NCBI RefSeq assembly: GCF_051133435.1
Contig: NZ_JBPGNY010000001.1
Span: 294,338-318,337 of the forward strand
Direction of reading: 5' to 3'
From: Enemella sp. A6
Lineage (GTDB): Bacteria > Actinomycetota > Actinomycetes > Propionibacteriales > Propionibacteriaceae
DNA: 24,000 bases
Shown: one piece after another, positions 1 to 8,219 of the stretch
Layout: every line of letters starts with the position of its first letter
How positions within the stretch are numbered: the stretch's first letter is position 1
Translations under genes and position numbers: made by a program
The notes under the pieces: generated by a model
Told to the model about the DNA's origin: nothing
Databases searched by the model: none
What the model saw: only the letters and a program-made list of their open reading frames with translations

Positions 1-369
1 CGAGTACCCGGAGGCTTCCTCGGCCAACGCGACATGGCGGGCCCCGTCGGGCAGGTTGGCGTCGATGGCCCGAATCAGCGACTGTTCCTCGAGCATCAGG
101 TAGTTCGAGAAGGCCAGCCGGGCATGCACGATATCGCGCACATCACGCAGCGTCGGTTCGTAGGTGTGCGGGTCGGCCCCCGGCGGTACGAGCCCGACCA
201 CATGGGCGGCATCGCCGGCCACCCGACGGGTCAGGTCCGCCACGATCCCGGTGGTGGCCACCACGGTGACCCGGTCGTCGGTGGCGGCGGGGGTACTGCG
301 TCCGGGCAGCACGATGGTGGCGGCCAGCGCGAGGCCGACCGCCACCACCTTGATCGGAACTCGGCTCAC
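1..369 (-). CDS. Metal (Zn/Mn-type) ABC transporter substrate-binding protein, ZnuA/TroA cluster-9 family. This is the N-terminal part only; the gene runs off the left edge.
   Basis: The gene is absent from the ORF track because it is truncated by the window edge. The minus-strand frame starts at GTG 369..367, a GTGA overlap with the stop of the upstream gene. It reads VSRVPIKVVAVGLALAATIVLPGRSTPAATDDRVTVVATTGIVADLTRRVAGDAAHVVGLVPPGADPHTYEPTLRDVRDIVHARLAFSNYLMLEEQSL... A hydrophobic signal-like N-terminus is followed by the classic V.TT..I.D....V.G....V..L.P.G.DPH.YEP signature of ZnuA/TroA/MntC binding proteins. Third codon positions are strongly G/C in this frame. Confidence 0.8.
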   Translation of the reverse strand, partial: MSRVPIKVVAVGLALAATIVLPGRSTPAATDDRVTVVATTGIVADLTRRVAGDAAHVVGLVPPGADPHTYEPTLRDVRDIVHARLAFSNYLMLEEQSLIRAIDANLPDGARHVALAEEASGYS

Positions 370-2300
370 GCGCCGGACCGACGCAGTGCGGCCGCCCCGA
401 AGGCGACGACGGCCAGGGCCGCCAGAGCCGCACCCGAACCACCGGTTGCTTCGCTGCCGGTCATGGCGCCGGTATCAGCACCGGTACGGGGCAGCCCCTT
501 GGGCGGGGTGCAGGGCTGACCATCGGGGTATTGCCACTTCTTCTCGATGACCATCTGCTTGCCACCGACGGTGGTGATCTTCGGCTTGGCAGCTGCGGGA
601 GCATCGGCTGCGGGCGCATCCTTGGCTCCGGCCGCACCGGGAGTGTAGGTGAACCACTTCTCGCCGACGATCTGGCCGAGGCTGCCCGAGGTGAAGACGC
701 CCACCTTGCCCGGCCCGGTTGCCGACTCCAGGGTGAAAGTCACCTCACCGGTGCTTCCGGCCAGCAACGACTCATGCTGAGTGTTGGCACCCAGCCACGG
801 CACGCCGTTGACCTGCGCCGAGGCGATCATCCACACCTGCGACCCGGCCGGGGCCAGGAACTCCAGACCTGCGGGGATGGTGGTTTTGGCCGTGTCCCCC
901 AAGGCGAAGGTGAGCGAGTTCGGCTCGACCCACGTCGCGGGTGACTGCCGGTCGTCCTTGATCTTGGCCGCCAGCTTGCCGTCCACGATCTGGGCACCGA
1001 AGTCGAAGTGTCCGTTGTTCGCTCCGGAAGCTCCCGGCCCGACCTGGAAGATCAAGGTTCCGGTGGCCGACAGGGCTTCGCCCGACTTCGACTTCGTCGT
1101 TTGCCGCACGGTCAGCGTGTAGGTGCCCGGTTTGGTGAAGACCCAGTTCGGGTGGACGTGGGTGTTGGCGGGCACGGTGTGGCTGCCCTCGGTGGCGCCG
1201 GCACTCGGCGCTGTACCTTCCTTCGGTGCCGCGCCTTCCTTCGGTGCTGTGCCTTCCTTCGGTGCCGCGCCGGAGCCGGAGGCGTCGCGGGGTTGCTCGC
1301 CGGCAGCCTTGATCTCCTCCGGCGTGGCCGGACGCTTCACCTCGACCGGCTTGCACACCCGGGCAGCAGCCGGCGGCGCCGGGGTACCCGGCTCACCGAG
1401 CGGAGCAGGTGCCGATGAACTCGGTACGGGGTCGGGGGTGGGGTCCGGGTTCTGCGTCGGCTCCGGCGTGGGATCCGGGGCCTGTGTGGGATCCGACGTG
1501 GGCTCCGGATCCGAAGTCGGCGTGGGCTCCGGGTCCGCAGTCGGGGTGGGATCCGGCGTGGGGTCCGGGGTCGGATCCGGGGTGGGGTCCGGGGTCGGCT
1601 CCGGAGCCGGATCCGCAGCGGGCTCATACCCCTTCCCGCGGAATTCGTCGCCCACGGTGAAGGTGTAGGTGGCATCGTTACTGCGCACTTCCTGCCCGTC
1701 CTTCACCCCTGTCGCGTGCAGGGTGATCCGGTACACGCCGGGCTGACCGAAGACCCAGTTCGCGTGGGTGTGGGCCGGAATGCTCTGGTCGCGCACGGCA
1801 CCGGCGGTGAGTTGGGTGGCACCGCCTTCCAGCAAGGGCTCCGTTCCACCGAATGTTCCCTGGCCGAACAGGTGGATGGTTCCCGGTCCGGTGACCTCGG
1901 TGAAGTGGAGTTTGATACCGGGCTCGAAGCCGGAACCCTGGATGGGCAGCGTGTCCCAGCCCGGCCAGAGCAGGTCGTGATCCTGGACCAACGGAAGCAC
2001 ATATCCCTCGGGGCTGCCCGGAATGGTGTCGGGAAGCCCGGTCCGGAAGGCGGCGGACTTGACGTTCAGCTCGACCCGACCGGGGTCTTGCCGCACGTGG
2101 GACCCGGTGACGTCTTCCTTGAGGTCCAGGGTCAGCCCGTCATTCTCGGCGACGACGTTGAATGCATCCACATGCCCCTTGTCGATCACCAGGATGTCAT
2201 TGGCATGGCCCGGAATCGGTATCGCCGCAACCGCGAGGGCGGCGGCGACGCCGACCGCGAACGCTCGCCAGCGTCCCCGGGTCTTCGTTGCTGTGCTCAT
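366..2300 (-). CDS. LPXTG-anchored surface protein carrying the repeat domains associated with 'anchored repeat' ABC transporters (choice-of-anchor-M / actinobacterial surface-anchored domain type)
   Basis: ATG at 2300 is preceded by GGAG. The signal peptide is MSTATKTRGRWRAFAVGVAAALAVAAIPIPGHA. The C-terminal sortase signal is LPRTGADTG, followed by a hydrophobic stretch and RRSGA. Two internally repeated modules are present: GHVDAF...LWPGWDT...PAHTHANWVFGQPGVYRITLHATG and PANTHVHPNWVFTKPGTYTLTVRQT...GHFDFG...VPWLGANT. They are separated by a Pro/Thr/Asp-rich linker. The gene is translationally coupled to the downstream metal-binding-protein gene. Confidence 0.85.
   Translation of the reverse strand: MSTATKTRGRWRAFAVGVAAALAVAAIPIPGHANDILVIDKGHVDAFNVVAENDGLTLDLKEDVTGSHVRQDPGRVELNVKSAAFRTGLPDTIPGSPEGYVLPLVQDHDLLWPGWDTLPIQGSGFEPGIKLHFTEVTGPGTIHLFGQGTFGGTEPLLEGGATQLTAGAVRDQSIPAHTHANWVFGQPGVYRITLHATGVKDGQEVRSNDATYTFTVGDEFRGKGYEPAADPAPEPTPDPTPDPTPDPTPDPTPTADPEPTPTSDPEPTSDPTQAPDPTPEPTQNPDPTPDPVPSSSAPAPLGEPGTPAPPAAARVCKPVEVKRPATPEEIKAAGEQPRDASGSGAAPKEGTAPKEGAAPKEGTAPSAGATEGSHTVPANTHVHPNWVFTKPGTYTLTVRQTTKSKSGEALSATGTLIFQVGPGASGANNGHFDFGAQIVDGKLAAKIKDDRQSPATWVEPNSLTFALGDTAKTTIPAGLEFLAPAGSQVWMIASAQVNGVPWLGANTQHESLLAGSTGEVTFTLESATGPGKVGVFTSGSLGQIVGEKWFTYTPGAAGAKDAPAADAPAAAKPKITTVGGKQMVIEKKWQYPDGQPCTPPKGLPRTGADTGAMTGSEATGGSGAALAALAVVAFGAAALRRSGA
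1212..1265 (-). repeat. In-frame tandem repeat, 3 x 18 nt, encoding (APKEGT/A)x3 inside the surface protein
   Basis: The plus strand reads tgtaccttccttcggtgc / cgcgccttccttcggtgc / tgtgccttccttcggtgc. The protein reads AAPKEGTAPKEGAAPKEGTAP. Confidence 0.9.
1425..1620 (-). repeat. Degenerate short-period coding repeat (PDPT/PEPT units) forming the Pro-rich linker of the surface protein
   Basis: The protein tract is PAPEPTPDPTPDPTPDPTPDPTPTADPEPTPTSDPEPTSDPTQAPDPTPEPTQNPDPTPDP. The DNA shows reiterated ggggtgggatccgg / ggggtcggatccgg / ggggtcggctccgg units. Confidence 0.85.
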
Positions 2301-2323
2301 CTTCAGCGCTCCAGTTCCTTATC

Positions 2324-2342
2324 GAGAGTCATAATCATTATC
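2324..2342. promoter_or_regulatory. Fur-family (Fur/Zur-type) operator-like box upstream of the anchored-repeat metal transporter operon
   Basis: GAGAGTCATAATCATTATC matches the classical 19-bp Fur-box consensus GATAATGATAATCATTATC at 16 of 19 positions, with the last 12 nt identical. The core ATAAT-C-ATTAT is a perfect 5-1-5 palindrome. The 7-1-7 form TCATAAT-C-ATTATCA (2329..2343) also resembles actinobacterial Zur boxes (TGAAAAT-N-ATTTTCA). This is the only AT-rich patch in an intergenic region that is otherwise about 70% GC. It lies 24-42 nt upstream of the ATG at 2300. Confidence 0.6.
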
Positions 2343-2572
2343 ATTTAGGCCCCTGTGGAGCAACTCGACGGGCCCCCTGGACGAGCCCGGTTTCCCGGTG
2401 ACCGGAGCAGGCGGGAAAACCGCTCTCGACGGGCTCGCCGGAGACCTACAACGCAGCGCGATTGCCCGGCCGGTGATGGTGTTGGCGACGATGTCCGCCC
2501 CGATCTGAAGTGCCCGGCCTCCGACAGTCGGCCGATGAGCCGCCCGTCGCCGAGTACACTGGTTCGTCTGTA

Positions 2573-4801
2573 ATGCCAGGTCGCCGTGATCGGAGTAGTT
2601 TGCCCGCACCACCCAGCACCGGTTCCGTCGAGCGTGAACTCGCCATCGAGCAGGCTCATGTCGACGCCGTATACGCCAGACTCAACGAAGCCACTCGTGC
2701 CGCCCAGCAGGTCGCCACCGAGGGGCGCGCATTGTTCCAGTCCGACCGGGCCAACTTCGTGCGCGACGAGGACGGCACCGGCCTGCTCGAACGCGACGTC
2801 TTCGCCTTCCAGGCCGCCCGCCGACTGGCCACCCTGGACGCCGAGCACGAGGGGCTGGTCTTCGGCCGGCTCGACCGCACCGACTCCGAGGTGCGCTACA
2901 TCGGCCGGATCGGGGTGCGCGACGAGGATTACGAACCGCTGGTGATCGACTGGCGGGCCCGGGCCGCCGAACCCTTCTACCGGGCCACCCCGTCCGACCC
3001 GATGGAGGTGGTGCGCCGCCGGGTGCTGCGCTGCCGCGGGGAACGGGTGATCGGCATCGAGGACGACCTGCTGGACGGGTCCGGTGACCATTCCGACCTG
3101 GTGGTGGTCGGTGAGGGTGCCCTGATGGCCGCGCTGGCGCGGGCCCGGGGCCACCAGATGCGCGACATCGTCGCGACCATCCAGGCCGAACAGGACGAGG
3201 CGATCCGCGCCCCCTACCAGGGTGTGACGATCATCAACGGTGGGCCCGGCACCGGCAAGACCGTGGTGGCCCTGCACCGGGCCGCCTACCTGCTGTACTC
3301 GCATCGCAAGCGCTTCGAGAACGGTGGGGTGCTGGTGGTCGGCCCCTCGCGCACCTTCATGAACTACATCGAGCGGGTGCTGCCCTCCCTGGGTGAGGAT
3401 TCGGTGAACCTGCGCTCCATCGGCCAGGTGCCCAGCGATGTGATCACCCTGGAGGGGGAACGTCTCGACGACCCCCCGGTCGGCACCATCAAGGGCAGCC
3501 TGCGGATGGTGACCGTGTTGCGCAAGCTGGCCGCTCTACCGATGTCGCCCGGCACCGAACTGCGGGTCAGCGTGAAGGGCCTGGTGCTCACCCTGCGCAG
3601 CGACGAGCTGGAGCGGATCCGCAGCGCGGTGTGGCGGGTACACCGTCCCAACGGTGCCCGGGAACAGGCCGAACGCGCCCTGTTGGACGCGCTGTGGGAG
3701 CAGGCGGACGAGACCGGGGACCTGCAGGTCGACGACCGCGATCAGTTCGACGATCTGATCACCGATCAGGCCGCCTTCCGGATGTTCTGCAATGCCTGGT
3801 GGCCGGTGCTGGAGGCCCCGGCGGTGCTGGCCCGGCTGGCCGACCCGGCCGTGGTCGCCGCGGTCGGTGAGGGCACCTTGAACCGTCGCGACCAGTTGTT
3901 GCTGGCCGAGTCCTACCGCGACCGGAGGTCCTGGTCGGTGGCCGACGCGGCCCTGCTGGACGAGTTGGTGCACATTCTCGGCCCCGTCCCGCCCCCCGAT
4001 GACGAGGGGGTGCTGCCGGTGTTCCTGCCGGACGGTTCGGAGGTCACCGAGGTGGTCACCACCGCCGACCGGTTGCGCAACCAGACCGATCACGAGCAGA
4101 CCGGCGAACCGCACAGCACCTACGCCCACGTGTTGGTCGACGAGGCCCAGGACATCACCCCGATGCAGTGGCGGATGCTGCGCCGACGCGGGCCACAGGC
4201 ATCCTGGACGATCGTCGGTGACCCGGCCCAGTCGTCCTGGCCCGACCCGGACGAAACCCAACGCGCGATCCAGGAGCTGATCGGCACCGCCCCGACCCGG
4301 CGCTTCCGGATGAGCACCAACTACCGTTCCCCGGCCGAGGTCTTCGATCTGGCCGCGACCGTGGTGACCGCGGCGTGGCCGGAGGCCGACCTGCCGCGAG
4401 CGGTGCGTTCCACCGGGGTGGAACCGTTGCTGCTCACCAGCACCCCCGAACGGGCCGACCGCACCGTGATCGAGTCGGTGAAGGAACTGGCCGCCGAGGT
4501 CGAGGGCACGATCGGGGTGATCGGCCCCTCGGCCCGCCTCGGGGCGATCGAGGCCCTGATCACCCACGACTCCGGTTTGGACGCGATCCGCGACCGGCTG
4601 GTGGTGATCACCCCGCTGGAGGCCAAGGGTCTGGAGTACGACGCGGTGGTGGTGGTCGACCCCGACGCGATCGTCGCCGAGTTCCCCGGCGGGGTGCGGA
4701 TTCTCTACGTGGCGCTGACCCGTCCGACCCAGCAGTTGGTGGTGCTCGACGTCAACCCGAAGGCGCTGCCCGGTAAGTGGCGCGCCCCGCTGAACGCCTG
4801 A
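2573..4801 (+). CDS. helD: HelD-like RNA polymerase-associated UvrD-family helicase/ATPase (actinobacterial class)
   Basis: The N-terminal region ELAIEQAHVDAVYARLNEATRAAQQVATEGRALF looks like a coiled coil. Walker A is GGPGTGKTVVALHRAAYL and Walker B is HVLVDEAQDITPMQWRML. Further motifs are VGDPAQSS, NYRSPAEV, GLEYDAVVVVDP and ILYVALTRPTQQLVVL. The start is uncertain: the track ORF begins at GTG 2510, there is an in-frame ATG at 2573, and a TTG at 2600 is preceded by GGAG. Confidence 0.85.
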   Translation: MPGRRDRSSLPAPPSTGSVERELAIEQAHVDAVYARLNEATRAAQQVATEGRALFQSDRANFVRDEDGTGLLERDVFAFQAARRLATLDAEHEGLVFGRLDRTDSEVRYIGRIGVRDEDYEPLVIDWRARAAEPFYRATPSDPMEVVRRRVLRCRGERVIGIEDDLLDGSGDHSDLVVVGEGALMAALARARGHQMRDIVATIQAEQDEAIRAPYQGVTIINGGPGTGKTVVALHRAAYLLYSHRKRFENGGVLVVGPSRTFMNYIERVLPSLGEDSVNLRSIGQVPSDVITLEGERLDDPPVGTIKGSLRMVTVLRKLAALPMSPGTELRVSVKGLVLTLRSDELERIRSAVWRVHRPNGAREQAERALLDALWEQADETGDLQVDDRDQFDDLITDQAAFRMFCNAWWPVLEAPAVLARLADPAVVAAVGEGTLNRRDQLLLAESYRDRRSWSVADAALLDELVHILGPVPPPDDEGVLPVFLPDGSEVTEVVTTADRLRNQTDHEQTGEPHSTYAHVLVDEAQDITPMQWRMLRRRGPQASWTIVGDPAQSSWPDPDETQRAIQELIGTAPTRRFRMSTNYRSPAEVFDLAATVVTAAWPEADLPRAVRSTGVEPLLLTSTPERADRTVIESVKELAAEVEGTIGVIGPSARLGAIEALITHDSGLDAIRDRLVVITPLEAKGLEYDAVVVVDPDAIVAEFPGGVRILYVALTRPTQQLVVLDVNPKALPGKWRAPLNA

Positions 4802-4861
4802 GACACGGCACGCGACACGGCCCCGTTGGGGCGCACTGCCAGCGCGGCCCCCAGTTGGAGC

Positions 4862-5755
4862 TCAGCGCGAACGCAGCCGCCGGTGGATCCGCATCGTGGC
4901 CCGGGAGCGGTTCTGGGTGAAGAAGTGCAGGCCGGGGGCTCCCCCGTCGAGCAGTTCCTGGGACAGTTCGGTACCGATGTCGACCCCGACCTGCCGCACC
5001 GCCTCGGGGTCGTCGGCCACCGCACGCAACCGGCGCACCACCGCATCGGGCAGGGCCGCGCCGGACAGTTCGGCGAAGCGTTCGATCTGGGAGATCGTGG
5101 TCACCGGCATGATGCCGGGAATGATCGGAATATCGCAGCCCAGGGCCCGCACCCGGTCAACCAGTTCAAAGTAGGTGTGCGCCTCGAAGAACAACTGGGT
5201 GATCGCGAACGACGCCCCGGCCTCGACCTTGTCGACCAGGATTCGGGCGTCCAGATCGAGATCCATCTTGTCGGGGTGGGGATCGCAGAAGGCGGCCACA
5301 CCGACACAGAAGTCCCCCACCTCGCGCACCAGCCGCACCAACTCGGTGGCATTGGCCAGTCCCTCGGGATGCTGCTGCCAGGGAGCGGTCGGCCCACCGG
5401 GCGGGTCACCGCGCACCGCCAGGATGTGGGTCAGCCCGGCTGCGGCATAGGCCTCGATCACCTCGATCAGTTGCCGACGCGACTGGCTGACACAGGTCAG
5501 GTGTGCCATCACCCGGTGCTGGGTGTGGGCCAGCTTCTCGGTGATCTCGATGGTGCGTTCCCGGGTCGACCCGCTGGCCCCGTAGGTCACCGACACGAAA
5601 TCGGGCTGTACATCGGCCAGTTCGTCCATGGTGCGGAACAGCAACTCGGCCGCCTCGGCGTCCTTGGGCGGGAAGAACTCGAAGGAATACAGCGGTCGAT
5701 CGGCCGTGGCGAGCAGCTCGGCGATCGTGGCGGTCGGGTCGGACATGGCGGCCAC
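4862..5755 (-). CDS. metF: 5,10-methylenetetrahydrofolate reductase
   Basis: 297 aa. Motifs are YSFEFFPPK, DFVSVTYGASGSTRERT, HLTC, AVRGDPP and a C-terminal GAPGLHFFTQNRS, all typical of MetF. Confidence 0.9.
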   Translation of the reverse strand: MAAMSDPTATIAELLATADRPLYSFEFFPPKDAEAAELLFRTMDELADVQPDFVSVTYGASGSTRERTIEITEKLAHTQHRVMAHLTCVSQSRRQLIEVIEAYAAAGLTHILAVRGDPPGGPTAPWQQHPEGLANATELVRLVREVGDFCVGVAAFCDPHPDKMDLDLDARILVDKVEAGASFAITQLFFEAHTYFELVDRVRALGCDIPIIPGIMPVTTISQIERFAELSGAALPDAVVRRLRAVADDPEAVRQVGVDIGTELSQELLDGGAPGLHFFTQNRSRATMRIHRRLRSR

Positions 5756-5856
5756 CCTAGGGGTTCGGATACCACCGCAGCATCCGCTGCCACCACGTGA
5801 ACAACCTTGACCGGACGCCCGGGCGGGGTTGCGGTGCTGCTGGGTAGGCTCCAGGG

Positions 5857-6972
5857 GTGCCCATCGAACTACACCTCGACCCCCGTCAGCCCCTGTCCGA
5901 GGACTTCCGTCGCGCGGTCGGGGAGGCGATCGACGAGTTCATCGCCGCCCGCCGCCCCGAGTTGGCCGCGATCGGCCCCGAGGTGGCGGCCCTGGCCGAC
6001 CGGGCCTCGGAGTTCACCGCCGGGGGCAAGCGGGTGCGTCCGGCCTTCTGTGTCTGGGGAAATGTCGCGGTGCGCGGTGTCCCGGCCGATCCGTCCGCGC
6101 TGCTGTGGGCGGCGGCCAGTCTGGACGTGCTGCACGTCAGCGCCCTGGTGCACGACGATGTGATGGACGCCTCCGACACCCGCCGTGGGGTGCCGGCCGC
6201 GCACCGGCAGTTCGAGGCGCTGCACCGGGATTCGGACTGGCTGGGGGAACCGCTCACCTTCGGCCGGGCCGGGGCGATTCTGCTCGGTGATCTGCTGACC
6301 ATGTGGTCGGTACAGATGGTCGACCAGAGCCCGCTGCGCGGGGGGCTGTCGGTGTCCGATCTGGCCCGGGCGCTGCCGTTCATCGAGTCGATGCGTACCG
6401 AGGTGACCGCCGGACAGTTCCTGGACATCGTGGCCCAGGCCCAACCCTTCGGTGACCCCGACCGGGCGAAGGATGAGGCGCACCGGGTGGTGGAGTACAA
6501 GACCGCCCGCTACACCGTGCAGCGTCCCCTGCAGTTCGGTGCCGCCCTGGCCGACGGTGACGAGGCCCAACTGACCGCGCTGGCGGCCTACGGCTCACCG
6601 CTGGGCCGGGCCTTCCAGTTCCGCGACGACGTGATGGGAATCTTCGGCGACAGCGCGGTGACCGGCAAGCCGGCCGGGGACGATCTGCGCGAGGGCAAAC
6701 GCACCCTGTTGTTGGCCCACGCCTTCGCCGGCACCACCGAGGCCGGCGCCCGGCGGTTGACCGAACTGGTCGGCAATCCGGCCCTGGCCGGGGACGAACT
6801 GGCCGAAGCCCGCGACATCATCGCCGGCTCGGGGGCGCGCGAACAGGTCGAGCAGATGATCGAGGACTGCCTGGCCGAGGCACTCAATGCCCTCGACACC
6901 GCGGAATTCTCCGAGGTGGGCCGTGAAGGTCTGACCGCCTTGGCCCACGCCGCGGTGAACCGCAGCCACTGA
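5857..6972 (+). CDS. idsA: Polyprenyl diphosphate synthase (geranylgeranyl/farnesyl diphosphate synthase family, IdsA-like)
   Basis: 371 aa with a GTG start. The first Asp-rich motif is LVHDDVMDASDTRRG and the second Asp-rich region is FQFRDDVMGIFGD. KRTLL and GKPAGDDLREGK are also present. The gene is divergent from metF, as idsA2 (Rv2173) is from Rv2172c in M. tuberculosis (recalled, not checked). Confidence 0.85.
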   Translation: MPIELHLDPRQPLSEDFRRAVGEAIDEFIAARRPELAAIGPEVAALADRASEFTAGGKRVRPAFCVWGNVAVRGVPADPSALLWAAASLDVLHVSALVHDDVMDASDTRRGVPAAHRQFEALHRDSDWLGEPLTFGRAGAILLGDLLTMWSVQMVDQSPLRGGLSVSDLARALPFIESMRTEVTAGQFLDIVAQAQPFGDPDRAKDEAHRVVEYKTARYTVQRPLQFGAALADGDEAQLTALAAYGSPLGRAFQFRDDVMGIFGDSAVTGKPAGDDLREGKRTLLLAHAFAGTTEAGARRLTELVGNPALAGDELAEARDIIAGSGAREQVEQMIEDCLAEALNALDTAEFSEVGREGLTALAHAAVNRSH

Positions 6973-7000
6973 ACCAGCGCTCTTCGCAGTAAGGACGCGC

Positions 7001-8215
7001 TCAGATGAGCTTGACCGGCTGTCCGTGCACCAGTTCGTCCACGTCCAGACCCAACGCAACGCATGCTCCCCCGGCGATGTCAGCGAGCGTGGCCAGATCT
7101 ACGTCCAAGCTGTGTCCACGGCCGGTGGATGCCGCAAGCACAGGCACATACTCGCGCGTGTGAAAAGCATGCTCAATGCAGGGGTCGTTCCCGTGGTCAG
7201 CAGTCACGACGAGCCCCGCGTCCCCAAGCCCGGGGAGCCATTCACCAACAGCGGCGTCCACCTGTTCGATCAGGGACACATAACGCCCAACATCTTGCTG
7301 ATGGCCGGCCAAATCGGTCTGCTGGACGTTGACCACGCTCAGTCCTGGTTCGCCGATCAGGTCGGTGGTGATGTCCAGCAGCTTTTCTGTTTCCACTCCG
7401 GGGAAGCGCCTCACCTCAGACTCTGTGATCAGGATGTCGGAGGCTTTCCCCACGAGGGTCACCGGCAATCCTGCCCGTGCCGCCACCTCGGGCAGTTGGT
7501 GACGATAGTCGATCTCGGCACCCAGATGGTTCACCTTCAAACCACCCTTGGTGTAGAAACCGGAAGCAGGCGTGTCCAGTCCCACCGTGCCGACTTCACC
7601 TTCGCGCACCGACTCGATCAACGCGTTGTCCGAGTAGCCACCCACGGCAATAACCCGGGCCACCGGGGCGATCGACCTGACGAGTCGCGCGATTCCTTCG
7701 ATCTGGCCCCACTCGAATTCCGATAGCCGACCCGAGACATTCCAGTTCAGACGCGGGTCCGCTTCCAGATTGTCATGAACAAGCACACCGCCGTCGACAA
7801 TCAGCATCCGATTTCCGCAAGCAAGGTCGACGCGATGCCCGGCTCGTAATAGCACCGCTGACAGCTGATCCACGTAGTCCCCCACAGCCGCCAAAGTCAC
7901 TTGGGACATGTCAGCACCCATCATGGTTTGATGCCCGGCGAAGGAGTCCGCGCCGGGATATCCCAAGGCTGCTCGACGGAATGTGGTGGCGGCCGTGATC
8001 GAAGTAGTTGCGAGTTCGAGATCCGGCCGCAGATCACTCAATCCGAGCGCAGCCAGGTGTGGAATGTGCAACTGTTGACCGCGCTCGCTTCGAGACCAGG
8101 CAACAAGCGACCCCAAGGTGTCGGCTCGGGCATCTTCCGGACGCAGTTCTCCGGCATCCGGCATCGCACCGATACCAAACCCATCAATGACCAGGACCAC
8201 CAGTCCGTTCAGCAT
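7001..8215 (-). CDS. yhfW: YhfW-like phosphopentomutase-family metalloenzyme (alkaline-phosphatase superfamily mutase)
   Basis: 404 aa. The N-terminus MLNGLVVLVIDGFGIGAMPDAGELRPEDARADTLG is the DeoB/YhfW type (V.DSFGIGA..DA). The C-terminal metal-site motifs are QQTDLAGHQQD, VVTADHGNDP and HTREYVPVL. An SD-like GAAGGTGA precedes the ATG, which lies 4 nt after the yhfX-like stop. Confidence 0.8.
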   Translation of the reverse strand: MLNGLVVLVIDGFGIGAMPDAGELRPEDARADTLGSLVAWSRSERGQQLHIPHLAALGLSDLRPDLELATTSITAATTFRRAALGYPGADSFAGHQTMMGADMSQVTLAAVGDYVDQLSAVLLRAGHRVDLACGNRMLIVDGGVLVHDNLEADPRLNWNVSGRLSEFEWGQIEGIARLVRSIAPVARVIAVGGYSDNALIESVREGEVGTVGLDTPASGFYTKGGLKVNHLGAEIDYRHQLPEVAARAGLPVTLVGKASDILITESEVRRFPGVETEKLLDITTDLIGEPGLSVVNVQQTDLAGHQQDVGRYVSLIEQVDAAVGEWLPGLGDAGLVVTADHGNDPCIEHAFHTREYVPVLAASTGRGHSLDVDLATLADIAGGACVALGLDVDELVHGQPVKLI

Positions 8216-8219
8216 CCGC

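Noticed and set aside
34-550. Plus-strand ORFs 34-519 and 164-550 and minus-strand ORF 143-442 at the left edge
   Set aside because: The minus-strand frame starting at GTG 369 encodes a textbook ZnuA/TroA N-terminus. The listed ORFs are Gly/Arg/Pro-rich shadows of it and of the surface-protein gene.
1425-1620. Short-period repeats that might suggest a CRISPR array or minisatellite
   Set aside because: The period is 6-12 nt with no spacer structure. The repeats lie entirely inside a reading frame, where they encode a Pro-rich linker.
2345-5800. Long antisense ORFs: 2345-3304(-), 3536-4567(-) and 4826-5800(+)
   Set aside because: They lie opposite helD and metF, both of which carry diagnostic motifs. 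The translated products are Arg/Gly/Pro/His-rich low-information sequences.
5756-5856. A possible SAM or other riboswitch in the metF / idsA divergent region
   Set aside because: The region is only 101 nt and is shared by two divergent promoters. I recognised no conserved riboswitch core.
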